This document shows, one piece after another, positions 26,156-35,627 of a stretch of 64,000 bases of DNA. The stretch comes from a virus. The stretch lies in the IMG/VR virus record IMGVR_UViG_3300044655_001189, positions 6,114 to 70,113 of that record; one strand, 5' to 3'. The stretch's first letter is position 1; each line of letters starts with the position of its first letter. The notes beneath the pieces were generated by a model that saw only the letters and a list, made by a program, of their open reading frames with translations, was not told the DNA's origin and did no database searches. The position numbers were made by a program, and so were the translations under genes.

Positions 26156-26848
26156 ATGACTATTGCCCAGATGCATGAGCAGTTCGAGTTAGGAATGGAC
26201 GAGAGGAATAACTCTCGTTTTACTCCACCCGAAAAAGACGAGATACTGAATCGTGCATGTCAGGCATTTGCCAGAGAGTACTATAAAGAGTTTGAGAGTA
26301 ACGAAGAGATCAGGCAGTCCTTGGCTATGCTAGTCGAGGTACTGCCTGTGACCTTTGTACAAACCTTGAACGTGGCGATTGCTAACTTAGATGGCTTGGT
26401 TATACCCAACGCTTCTACTGGAAGTACAATAATGTTCATCTTATCCTTGAATGCACAAATTACTGATAACTGTGGCAGAACTCACCGTAGGGCGGTAAGA
26501 CCGCACATGAGTAATGATGAAGTGCATATTACCAATGATCCATTCAATACACCGAGTGCTAGAGAGCCCAAGCTTCATGTTGAACACAATGGAACGCAAG
26601 CTCGTAGAATGAGGTTGTATGTGGATGGAGATAATGGCATAGCGCCATTCCCTGTGGTGGGTTTGGCCACAGTAAGAGTACTTCGTTCACCACGGTTAAT
26701 GAATATTTCCTCGTCACCTGCAATCAATTGCGAATTACCCGCATATTTGCATCAGGAAATTGTGAATAAGGCAGTAAGCTTTGCCTTAGAAAATGTAAGC
26801 TCAGACCGCCTAGCGGAACATTCACTTCTCAGCAATGAGAAACCCTAA
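26156..26848 (+). CDS. ring / head-tail adaptor protein
   Basis: MTIAQMHEQF...EKDEILNRA and CELPAYLHQEIVNKAV, typical of crAss ring proteins. Confidence 0.7.
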   Translation: MTIAQMHEQFELGMDERNNSRFTPPEKDEILNRACQAFAREYYKEFESNEEIRQSLAMLVEVLPVTFVQTLNVAIANLDGLVIPNASTGSTIMFILSLNAQITDNCGRTHRRAVRPHMSNDEVHITNDPFNTPSAREPKLHVEHNGTQARRMRLYVDGDNGIAPFPVVGLATVRVLRSPRLMNISSSPAINCELPAYLHQEIVNKAVSFALENVSSDRLAEHSLLSNEKP

Positions 26849-26860
26849 TACCCTATTATC

Positions 26861-27610
26861 ATGGCTATTGTAAAATATCCTTACGAAGAAGTAAACTTGC
26901 TTGTAGATGCTGCTGCTGTACCTGCGCCTGCTGCTGGTGTGTTTGCTGTTTCCTCTACCATCAGCTTTCCAATGAAAAGCATTGATTCGGTTGAGGCGTT
27001 TACGAATACTGCTGGTACTACTCGCGTAGTAACCCTTACACCGTCAGCAGGTGCATGGACAGCAGGTAGCACCATCAAGATTGGTCTACACGGTATCAAA
27101 GATGGTACAAATGGTTTTGCAGCTCAATACTGCACAATCGATGTACCTGCTGCTGGATTTGCGAATGCTACGGCTGCTTGTAATGCAATACGCGCTGCGG
27201 TTGCTGCTAAATTTACTGCCATCACAGGTTCTGGAACTGCAACAGCAATTCTAAGTGGTGCAGGAGCTGGTAGCCTTGACCGTGGAAAGCCATTCAAGAT
27301 CAGCACTTATACGGACGACCCTGCCCGTACTATTGCAACAGTAGTTACTGCTGCTGGTGTAGCTCCATTGGGAACTATTGCTCAAGTGCAAGCAGCTCTT
27401 CCAACAGCAACTATCACTGCAGTACACAACTTGGTGAAAGTGAAACGCACATTGACTGGTGATGATGGAACGTCACGCAAGCAGTTAATCAACCTATGGG
27501 TTGACTTTTCAACTACTGCTACGTTGGCTGCTGACATCGTTGCTGCATTGACCATTGTGACTACTCAGACAACTGACGAAAGCGGACCTGCTCAAATCAT
27601 TGCGGTTTAG
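26861..27610 (+). CDS. putative auxiliary capsid/virion protein
   Basis: Ala/Thr/Gly-rich beta protein with biased codon use, followed by a terminator. Confidence 0.5.
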   Translation: MAIVKYPYEEVNLLVDAAAVPAPAAGVFAVSSTISFPMKSIDSVEAFTNTAGTTRVVTLTPSAGAWTAGSTIKIGLHGIKDGTNGFAAQYCTIDVPAAGFANATAACNAIRAAVAAKFTAITGSGTATAILSGAGAGSLDRGKPFKISTYTDDPARTIATVVTAAGVAPLGTIAQVQAALPTATITAVHNLVKVKRTLTGDDGTSRKQLINLWVDFSTTATLAADIVAALTIVTTQTTDESGPAQIIAV

Positions 27611-27633
27611 TAACAGGATTTGATTTAAGAATG

Positions 27634-27668
27634 GAAAGGGAGGTACGCAAGTATCTCCCTTTCTTTTT
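27634..27668 (+). terminator. intrinsic terminator
   Basis: GAAAGGGAGGTAC-GCAA-GTATCTCCCTTTC-TTTTT. Confidence 0.85.
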
Positions 27669-27686
27669 GTTTAGATTTGAACCATC

Positions 27687-28490
27687 ATGGCAACACTACT
27701 TCAGGACATCTACAACATTAAGAATATCGCGGTACATGGTAAGACTTCTACCACTGATGCCTTGCGTGAATCTCAAGTAAAACATTGGATTCAATACTAT
27801 CGTGCATTGGCTATTGAGCAATTGTTCAAAACCACCGATAGGACTCCACAGATGCTCTGGCAAAAGACAGGATGCCTAGAGCTTACCTCCGTAGATATGG
27901 CTGAGTGCCCGTGTGAGGATATTATGTGGGGCTGTAGTATCTTTAAAGTTGACATACCGAAAGCAATAGACTTAGCTGGCCGCGCTGCGGTATCGGTAAC
28001 TACAGTAGACGGATTACATCACATTGAATTAGTAAATCCTTCGGCTATGATTGTTTCACGCCATGCGAAATGGACGGGAGTAAAAGACAGAGCCTACTTA
28101 GATAGGTCAACTACAGAAGGAATGATGTCGCTGTATATAGGCAGTGCAAATGAGGACTTGCAATACATTAAAGTTCGGGAAATAGCTGACGACCCTACAC
28201 TCGTATCAACGATGATAGGTTCCCCTGGCACATGTACCGAACGATGCTTTGACATGGACAAGGATGATTACCCTATGACTGGACAGGTCAGGGCACTTGT
28301 TTACGATATGATATTCAAAAAGGAATTGGCATTAACCAATCAATCAATTGAAGATATTTTGAATAACAATAATGAGGATAGGCAGTATCTTGCAGTTAAA
28401 CAAGTTCTTGAATCTCTAGGTCAAAATGCAAAGCGAAACCAACAATACAGTCCGGCCACTGGGGCCAGAATGGGTAGAAGTAAATCATAA
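27687..28490 (+). CDS. ring / tail tubular protein
   Basis: QVKHWIQYYRA, CLELTSVD, DDP...CFDMDKDDYP motifs. Confidence 0.7.
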   Translation: MATLLQDIYNIKNIAVHGKTSTTDALRESQVKHWIQYYRALAIEQLFKTTDRTPQMLWQKTGCLELTSVDMAECPCEDIMWGCSIFKVDIPKAIDLAGRAAVSVTTVDGLHHIELVNPSAMIVSRHAKWTGVKDRAYLDRSTTEGMMSLYIGSANEDLQYIKVREIADDPTLVSTMIGSPGTCTERCFDMDKDDYPMTGQVRALVYDMIFKKELALTNQSIEDILNNNNEDRQYLAVKQVLESLGQNAKRNQQYSPATGARMGRSKS

Positions 28491-28833
28491 AGCGTTTGCG
28501 CAATTAGTTGCAGACGAGTGTGGTTATTCTGCTAGTACTTGTGAGCGCGTGATGGACTGCTACTGGAAAAACGTTTTAGACGTTTTGGAACAGAGCAAGA
28601 TGGTCAGCGTGTATGGTATAGGTATTCAACTAATCTTAGCGGTTATACCTGCGCCTACAGAGCAGAAGGTTCTGATGAAACGCATAGAAAATTTATCTGT
28701 CATTAAGACTAGACCAAAAAAAAAGTACCTCCGCTATCAGGTTAGAGTAGCTAAGTATCGATACATCAAATGGCTCTGGATGATGAATCAAGGGCATCAA
28801 TTCATAAAACTTAAAGGCGATGATTCAGAATAA
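28426..28833 (+). CDS. IHF/HU-like protein of the tail module
   Basis: FAQLVADECGYSASTCERVMD...LEQSKMVSVYGIG; matches the conserved position of the crAss IHF-like gene. Confidence 0.55.
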   Translation: MQSETNNTVRPLGPEWVEVNHKAFAQLVADECGYSASTCERVMDCYWKNVLDVLEQSKMVSVYGIGIQLILAVIPAPTEQKVLMKRIENLSVIKTRPKKKYLRYQVRVAKYRYIKWLWMMNQGHQFIKLKGDDSE

Positions 28834-29539
28834 AGCTTCGATTTACCAAGCCATTGACATGGCTAGACGAGGACTAGAGATAGAACAACTAGGCCCTATT
28901 ATGTCAACTTTCATAGAGTGGGTATGGGATGGAGAAAAGAAAATCGGTTCTTCTGTAACATTTACTCGAAAGGAATGTTTGATTGACATTGATGAAAATG
29001 GTGTAGGTTGCTTACCAAAGGATGTGCTTTATATTCTTGCCATAGGTAAAACAGGCATGAAAATGGAACAGTCTACTACAGACTTCCAATTGTTTGAAAA
29101 AAAACTTGTAAATAACAATAGTGGATTTGCAATGACTTCTTCTGCATCAGCAAGTCAATACCTAGATGCATTGTATGGGTTCTTCATTAATAGCCCAATG
29201 AAGTTCTCTGTGCACAATGGAAAGATTTATATGGCTGGATATAAATCTGGTCAAATATCAATTGCTTACAAAGGAGTATGCTTAGATGATGAAGGATATC
29301 CATTGGTAAATGAATTGCATATAGAAGCGTTAGCAGCGTTCCTTATCTATATGCACACGCAAACTGAATATCTACGCGCAAGAGCGCCTAAGTACCTGCA
29401 TGATGATATGAAGCTACGCTGGCTAGAGTTATGCCTACAGGCACGCTCTGAGGACGAAATGCCAAATCCACTTGACCTACGCATACTTAATGGTATCTGG
29501 AATAATATGCTTCCACTAGGCGAATTAAATAATTTCTGA
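28820..29539 (+). CDS. ring / tail tubular protein (P22 gp4-like)
   Basis: IEWVWDGEKKIG, LPKD, IAYKGVCLDDEGYPLV...EAL motifs. Confidence 0.75.
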   Translation: MIQNKASIYQAIDMARRGLEIEQLGPIMSTFIEWVWDGEKKIGSSVTFTRKECLIDIDENGVGCLPKDVLYILAIGKTGMKMEQSTTDFQLFEKKLVNNNSGFAMTSSASASQYLDALYGFFINSPMKFSVHNGKIYMAGYKSGQISIAYKGVCLDDEGYPLVNELHIEALAAFLIYMHTQTEYLRARAPKYLHDDMKLRWLELCLQARSEDEMPNPLDLRILNGIWNNMLPLGELNNF

Positions 29540-32500
29540 TGATAGAACATAGCAACGAATTTTCTGGCGGCTTAGACCGAGGAACAAATGAGCGTACACA
29601 GATGGAGAAAACCATCTTTGACAGCGTAAATGGTCAACTTTACTTTGACCATACAGGAAATGTGATATGGCGGCCATATAATGGCAACACGCGCATGCTT
29701 GTTTTTGATTGTGAGCAAGATGATCCAATAACCTCTGCTGCAGTAGATACGGGCAATAGTGCAGTGCATACTCCGATAGGTGGGTGTTCCTTTGCCGATT
29801 GCTTTATTGTAATAACGGTACGTCAAACATCAGGTTTATATGACCCAATGATTATATGGCTATTCCAAGAAAATGTGGATGGTGAAGTCTATGGTCAGGT
29901 GCTATTGTCAGACGTTGCTTCTACAGACAAATTCAATCAGAAAATCTCGAATAACATTCGGATGCGTCCAATTTATGAGAACGATGAACTGTATCGTATC
30001 AAATGGGTTGATGGTGTAGAAATCGATAGCAATCCACCAAGGTCACTGACTTTTAGCAAGACGGGAACGGTAACAGGCCCAACATACAACGGAGCGACTG
30101 TCACAGGTCGCTTTTCTGTTTTTACGGTTTTAGGTAATGTAACACCTACATTGACCAATTTAATGGCTCCATTTAAGATGGGGTATATCCATTTTCTCAA
30201 GCGAGTAAAAGGTCAAATAGCTTCTGGTCGATACATTTATTTATATCGGGAAATTTTAGAAGATGGGTATCGCACACCATGGAGTCACCATACTAATCCT
30301 GTATTTGTTTCTGTAGACATACAAAATGGAACTGATATGCATCTGTATGAAATGGAAGGAAGCAATGAAGTTACAGTGCATGGAAATCGTTTAGGAATAT
30401 ATGGTGTAGATATAGCTTACCAAACATTAGAAGTAGCCTATGTGTATATTCCTGATGATACTAACATTCCTACGGTAGCTGCTTCATTTGCTTTTATAGA
30501 AATTAATGGCCAAGGTTACATTGAGGTTGACCATACATCAATGAGTGGAGAGATATTGAATGTGGCTGAAATTATTGCACTTCGTTTAAATATGACAGCA
30601 GCTCAAACATTGGAAATAAAAGACGAGCATTTATGGCATGGCAACTATAAAGCTGGAAGTTTATTATTGACCAATAATGAAATAGAAAAAGTTTTAGAAG
30701 GATTAAAAGTCATTCACATTTTCCGTGACATGCCAATAGATAGAAAAGGCAAAACAGATAAATTTGGAAACATTGATCCAATCAATTTATTCAATTTACC
30801 ATTAGAAACTAGAGATACCAAATTTGCACTAAACGATGTGCAAGAGTTCACATTTCCAATTGACGATGATTACTGTGGTTATAGAGGGCAGCAGATTGAT
30901 AACACTTATGTTGGATATCCAAGGGATGAAGTTGGTCGTTTTGGAATAGTGTTTTATGACTTAGTAGGTAACCCTACAAACGTAGAGCACTTCTGTGATT
31001 ACTACTGGCCTAAAATGTATTTGGGTGGTGATGGTACGAGTGACCCATCAGGAACGCCAGTAGCTGTAATTGACCCTGATTTATCTGCTAAAGCTTTTCG
31101 CATTCGTAGGGATGATTCTCGCACTCTAACGGGTATAGGTGATCCTGATAATATTTTGGATTTAACTGCATTGTCTTTGCATAAACGTTCATGGCTTACT
31201 ACAGGTGGAGCTGATGTGCATAGCATTAGCGACCCTACGCTTGAGCGTGCTGTGGTAGATGGTGACGACCCATTGACAGACACTATGCAGCATTACACCA
31301 ATATGCCACAATCCTATGCGCGTATACAAGGAATTAAATTCTCTGGCATAGACATATCAGATATTCGCGACAAAATTAGTGGGTATGCTATTGTGCGTTG
31401 CCCTATAGAGTATTCCACGATAGCACAGGGGCTAATTTCACCTACGTCCATCACAGACGACCAAGGCGATGAGGAACGCCTAGGCCCATGGCCAAGACCT
31501 AATTTGGCATTCCGTGATTATGGTATTGGTTCTTTTGGTGTTGCTCCTAGTGACAATCATGGTGAGTTCAGAGCAAGTGGATATACACCTATACGTTTAT
31601 GGGATAGACAAGAAGGTAACGGTGTGTATTTGAATGGAACGTCAGACTTCTTTTCAATGTATATTCCAGAAATGATGTTCGGTTCTCCGATGCCATCTTA
31701 CAATCAAGGGCAGAAATTTGAGTTGGTTCAAGTTTGTTGGGAAGAGTATAACTGCGGTCAGGAAGATGCAAGTACTTTATTTCCAACAGGACTTCTTGCA
31801 CCAGTAGGGCCATATCTATCAAACAACTTTGCTTTAGATAAACATTCATGGCATTTGCTTGTGAATACGCGAATACATCATTTCAATATTCCACCTGCAC
31901 CTGCATCACAACCATACTCGTGGAACTTTCATTCTGAGGACCAAGGAATACCATTTGATGCTACGAACATAATGCCAGCGGCTTTATATGCTTCTTCTTA
32001 TGGTGTATCATGGGGTACTTTAGGTCAGGCCGAAGCTTTATTTCCAACATATGGAACTACATTCACTCCTGACTGGCTTCGTAAAATTGGAATGAATGAG
32101 AAAGAGTATGGAATCGACCCATCCTATCCTGCGCGGTTTTTTCACAATATGAAATGGTATTATCATCCATCAGATTATGACGCACCTACACCTGCAGACC
32201 GAGATCGCCATGATGATTATTATGGAGGATTCCGTGATTACGCAAATCTTTTAGCTGATTATTATGATCAATCAAAACGTCAAGCGGTAGGTCACGATAA
32301 TACTATACTACTGCGCAATACTATTGCAATGAAGGACTGGAATGGCACCACTTCTCCATGCCGACACGTCATGGCTTTTCCAATGCCTACGTGGGCATAC
32401 GAAACTTTAGGTGGTTCTGCAGTGCCAAGTGCCAATGCTTACGCTCACGATGCTAAGAGAGGTGCTACTGCTCGGTGGATGGTAAACTGGAAACGAGAAC

Positions 32501-34728
32501 TTGGTGCACCATATGGTGGCAACTTTCAAAATAATTTGCAATACAATATTTTTATTGGAACTGGTCATTTTCAACCTGTAGGTAATGATGAATTTGACAC
32601 ATTTATGGGTGCTACTACTCCTGACCGTATTGATAATGCAGAAGTTTGGGGTGGGGAATGTTGGTTGGACTTACATGCAGGAACGTTTATGTATCCGGGA
32701 TATGCGCATGACAAGATTTCTGACCAAGATTCTACTGGTTATTCAGTAGATTCATTTGGATTTATTTTAGCGTTTCCACATGAAGCTAGAATCAATCTTG
32801 CATTGCGTAATGCTCCATCACCGGGCAATCCTATGTCACCACACGCAGGTTTACGTTCATGGAAAATGTACAACGATTTTGCTGGTGCAGGTTCCTCACC
32901 TTGGACAGATAAAGGTCTATTCCACTATAGCGGATTGAATGGTGATGCAGAAGATGCTTCTAAGCACTTGATTGAAGAGTTCTTTATCAATGAAGTGATG
33001 GGCTATCGTGACAAGTTCAAAGGATATACTACGATACCTAGAGGATTTAGAAGTATTAAGCATTGGCCGCAACGGTGGGCATACAGCAACAAGAAAATCT
33101 ATGGTGAGATTGCCGATGTATTCAGAGAAGTTCTTATCGCAAATTACCGTGACCTAGATGGTTCATTTGGCGCAATCATGGCCAGTGCTAATCATGCGGA
33201 TAAAATCATTTCATTTCAAGAATTGGCCTATGGTCAATTGAGAATCTATGAGCGCACGATTATTCCATCAACAGAGGGGCAACTTACCACGGGTGATGCA
33301 AGTGTTATTGATGGCATCAAATACTCTACAGACCAAATAGGGTGTCAGCACCCTGAGTCGGTTGTTATTACACCAGATGGCGTGTATTGGGTTGACTGTT
33401 TTGCTTACTCCATATTTTTCTCTCAAGGAGAAGATGCTGTAAACTTGTCTGACAAGGCTGGCATGAATCAATACCTACGTGAATTGCTATGGAGATATGT
33501 GGGTGGCCGAAGCATCTATGGTGAAAAAGGGGTGGCCATTGTAGGTGGCTATGACCAACGTACTAAGCGTGTAACGATGTCCTTTCCTTCAATTATGAAG
33601 TATCAGGTACACAGCCGAAGCACAGCTCCATTCGATAGCAATAGGTACAATTGGTTTGGGCCTGTGTACACTACGGTTGCCATTAGTGGAAACAATCACC
33701 AGAGAGCGCGAGTAAAGCCATTGGATAAGGGTAGCGATGTTGCACAGGACATTACTAATGGCTATGTGCACATAAGCAATCAGGATATACTTGTAATACA
33801 TACGTTGGGCTATGGTGCGGTGCCAGCTTATTTGTATGTCGATTTGTATCAAGGCATCTATGGTAGCGATACGATTACACCATTAAGCAACACGGTGACT
33901 GAATTTTATTTGGTGTTACCGGGCAAGACAGGCACAGCTTCTAATAAAGGATGGGTAGTAGAATTTGCGAATTACCGCGAAGGAAGTCCTGACTTGACAA
34001 CTCCTGATATTGTAACTCCATTAGCTACAACAGTAACAGAAAAGGAAGGGTACGTTTATCACAATGCAATCTATCCGCATACACCACCTAGCCAATCTAT
34101 TGCTACGGATTCTGATGCTGCTGTGTTCCATTTGTTCAGAGCCGAGAAGGATAGTCCTTTCCAAGTTCGATTGATACAGTCTAGCAGTTCTTTTGAGGAT
34201 GTAGGGCTAGGAATACAGATGCGTAATCGGATGGTGTATAATGAAGAGTTCAAAGCATTCGAATCATTTATATCTGCAGGAGATATCTTCAACATCAATT
34301 TCAGAAAGAAGCGTTATGCTGCAATAGAAACCAGTGTAACGAATGGCATGTATGTAGATGACATGAGAAGTCCAGAAGTGCCAAAACTATACGGGAAAGA
34401 GTTTGAATCCTATCTAGAGTTTGTTGCTAATACAGGTGCTGCAATTGATAAAATTTTTGATGCTTTACGCCTTGACTCAAGCGATTTGGGCGATGTTAAG
34501 AGCGTGCGTTACACGAATGAAAATAATGCAGTATTGATTATTATTGCAACTGATTCTAGTGTTGCGTATATCAGGAGGATAAACCGTATACCAATTAGAA
34601 GGAAGTGGCAACTAAGTAGAGTGACGGGGCACTACCTTCGCGTTATGGTTGAGATAAATGGCAAGCGTAATAAATTGGCGTATGTGTTCACAGCTCGAAC
34701 TTTATTTAGACTAAGCAATAAAAACTAA
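29539..34728 (+). CDS. tail muzzle / stabilization protein (P22 gp10-like)
   Basis: 1729 aa; N-terminal FSGGLD, GYPRDEVGRFGIVFYD, WGGECW, YRDLDGSFGAI, GCQHPESVV..GVYWVD. Confidence 0.8.
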   Translation: MIEHSNEFSGGLDRGTNERTQMEKTIFDSVNGQLYFDHTGNVIWRPYNGNTRMLVFDCEQDDPITSAAVDTGNSAVHTPIGGCSFADCFIVITVRQTSGLYDPMIIWLFQENVDGEVYGQVLLSDVASTDKFNQKISNNIRMRPIYENDELYRIKWVDGVEIDSNPPRSLTFSKTGTVTGPTYNGATVTGRFSVFTVLGNVTPTLTNLMAPFKMGYIHFLKRVKGQIASGRYIYLYREILEDGYRTPWSHHTNPVFVSVDIQNGTDMHLYEMEGSNEVTVHGNRLGIYGVDIAYQTLEVAYVYIPDDTNIPTVAASFAFIEINGQGYIEVDHTSMSGEILNVAEIIALRLNMTAAQTLEIKDEHLWHGNYKAGSLLLTNNEIEKVLEGLKVIHIFRDMPIDRKGKTDKFGNIDPINLFNLPLETRDTKFALNDVQEFTFPIDDDYCGYRGQQIDNTYVGYPRDEVGRFGIVFYDLVGNPTNVEHFCDYYWPKMYLGGDGTSDPSGTPVAVIDPDLSAKAFRIRRDDSRTLTGIGDPDNILDLTALSLHKRSWLTTGGADVHSISDPTLERAVVDGDDPLTDTMQHYTNMPQSYARIQGIKFSGIDISDIRDKISGYAIVRCPIEYSTIAQGLISPTSITDDQGDEERLGPWPRPNLAFRDYGIGSFGVAPSDNHGEFRASGYTPIRLWDRQEGNGVYLNGTSDFFSMYIPEMMFGSPMPSYNQGQKFELVQVCWEEYNCGQEDASTLFPTGLLAPVGPYLSNNFALDKHSWHLLVNTRIHHFNIPPAPASQPYSWNFHSEDQGIPFDATNIMPAALYASSYGVSWGTLGQAEALFPTYGTTFTPDWLRKIGMNEKEYGIDPSYPARFFHNMKWYYHPSDYDAPTPADRDRHDDYYGGFRDYANLLADYYDQSKRQAVGHDNTILLRNTIAMKDWNGTTSPCRHVMAFPMPTWAYETLGGSAVPSANAYAHDAKRGATARWMVNWKRELGAPYGGNFQNNLQYNIFIGTGHFQPVGNDEFDTFMGATTPDRIDNAEVWGGECWLDLHAGTFMYPGYAHDKISDQDSTGYSVDSFGFILAFPHEARINLALRNAPSPGNPMSPHAGLRSWKMYNDFAGAGSSPWTDKGLFHYSGLNGDAEDASKHLIEEFFINEVMGYRDKFKGYTTIPRGFRSIKHWPQRWAYSNKKIYGEIADVFREVLIANYRDLDGSFGAIMASANHADKIISFQELAYGQLRIYERTIIPSTEGQLTTGDASVIDGIKYSTDQIGCQHPESVVITPDGVYWVDCFAYSIFFSQGEDAVNLSDKAGMNQYLRELLWRYVGGRSIYGEKGVAIVGGYDQRTKRVTMSFPSIMKYQVHSRSTAPFDSNRYNWFGPVYTTVAISGNNHQRARVKPLDKGSDVAQDITNGYVHISNQDILVIHTLGYGAVPAYLYVDLYQGIYGSDTITPLSNTVTEFYLVLPGKTGTASNKGWVVEFANYREGSPDLTTPDIVTPLATTVTEKEGYVYHNAIYPHTPPSQSIATDSDAAVFHLFRAEKDSPFQVRLIQSSSSFEDVGLGIQMRNRMVYNEEFKAFESFISAGDIFNINFRKKRYAAIETSVTNGMYVDDMRSPEVPKLYGKEFESYLEFVANTGAAIDKIFDALRLDSSDLGDVKSVRYTNENNAVLIIIATDSSVAYIRRINRIPIRRKWQLSRVTGHYLRVMVEINGKRNKLAYVFTARTLFRLSNKN

Positions 34729-34733
34729 AACAA

Positions 34734-35627
34734 ATGGCATACGGAGGTAAGTTTTCATCTAAAGAAGATCTAAGTGGTAATCGTCAGGCACTACAAGTAG
34801 GTCGCGATTTCAAACCGTTAGAAGGAGCTGATAAAGTTTGGGCTGATATGGTAGGCATGAACGAAGATGGTTCATTTAATACTTGGGGTCAAGTTCAAAA
34901 TCAACTTTTAAGTTGGCTTGGTATGGGTGCATTAACACGTACTCTAACCAACGTAGGCCGTGATAAAATTATGAAAGACCGTGATGATGATTATGGTCGG
35001 GCGTATGATCAAGTAGGAAAACAACTAATTGATGAAAGTCAAAATCTTAGTTGGAATATGAGCGTTGAAGGAGGTAAAGCAACTGGACAAATTATTGGAA
35101 TGGTTGGTGCTGGCATGGCAGCAGGTGGAGGTGGAGCAGCTGGAGCAGGTGGCGTAGATTATGAAGATGCATTAGGAGCAGGCACTAACACAAGCACTTT
35201 AATGGGTCCACCAGAAGCAATAACATCATTCGATGGTGATGTGAGTAACGTGGTAAATGCCACGGGTTACGGCTTGAGTTCTGAGGATAAAAAAATCTTA
35301 GGAGAGCGTAAAACCGCCAATGACTTGCTAAATAAAGTTGGTGGTAGTTTAGGTAAAAATACATCACCTACTGACATGGCATTACAACAATCACAATCTG
35401 ACAATCAAAATGCTTATGCTGACCAAAGATTACAAAAAAATCAGGAGTCCATTAATGACATTGCAGGTTCTATGGCTTGGGGAGAATCAGTGCCTGTGGT
35501 TGGTAAATTTATTACATCTGCAACTAATTACGGATTACATAATGATGTGTGGAAAGCAACAATGGAGGACGCAATCAATCGTATGGATAGAAGTTTAATG
35601 CTCGATTCGGGCGAATACATGGCATAA
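34734..35627 (+). CDS. putative ejected cargo protein
   Basis: Gly/Ala-rich hydrophobic segments; first gene after the muzzle. Confidence 0.5.
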   Translation: MAYGGKFSSKEDLSGNRQALQVGRDFKPLEGADKVWADMVGMNEDGSFNTWGQVQNQLLSWLGMGALTRTLTNVGRDKIMKDRDDDYGRAYDQVGKQLIDESQNLSWNMSVEGGKATGQIIGMVGAGMAAGGGGAAGAGGVDYEDALGAGTNTSTLMGPPEAITSFDGDVSNVVNATGYGLSSEDKKILGERKTANDLLNKVGGSLGKNTSPTDMALQQSQSDNQNAYADQRLQKNQESINDIAGSMAWGESVPVVGKFITSATNYGLHNDVWKATMEDAINRMDRSLMLDSGEYMA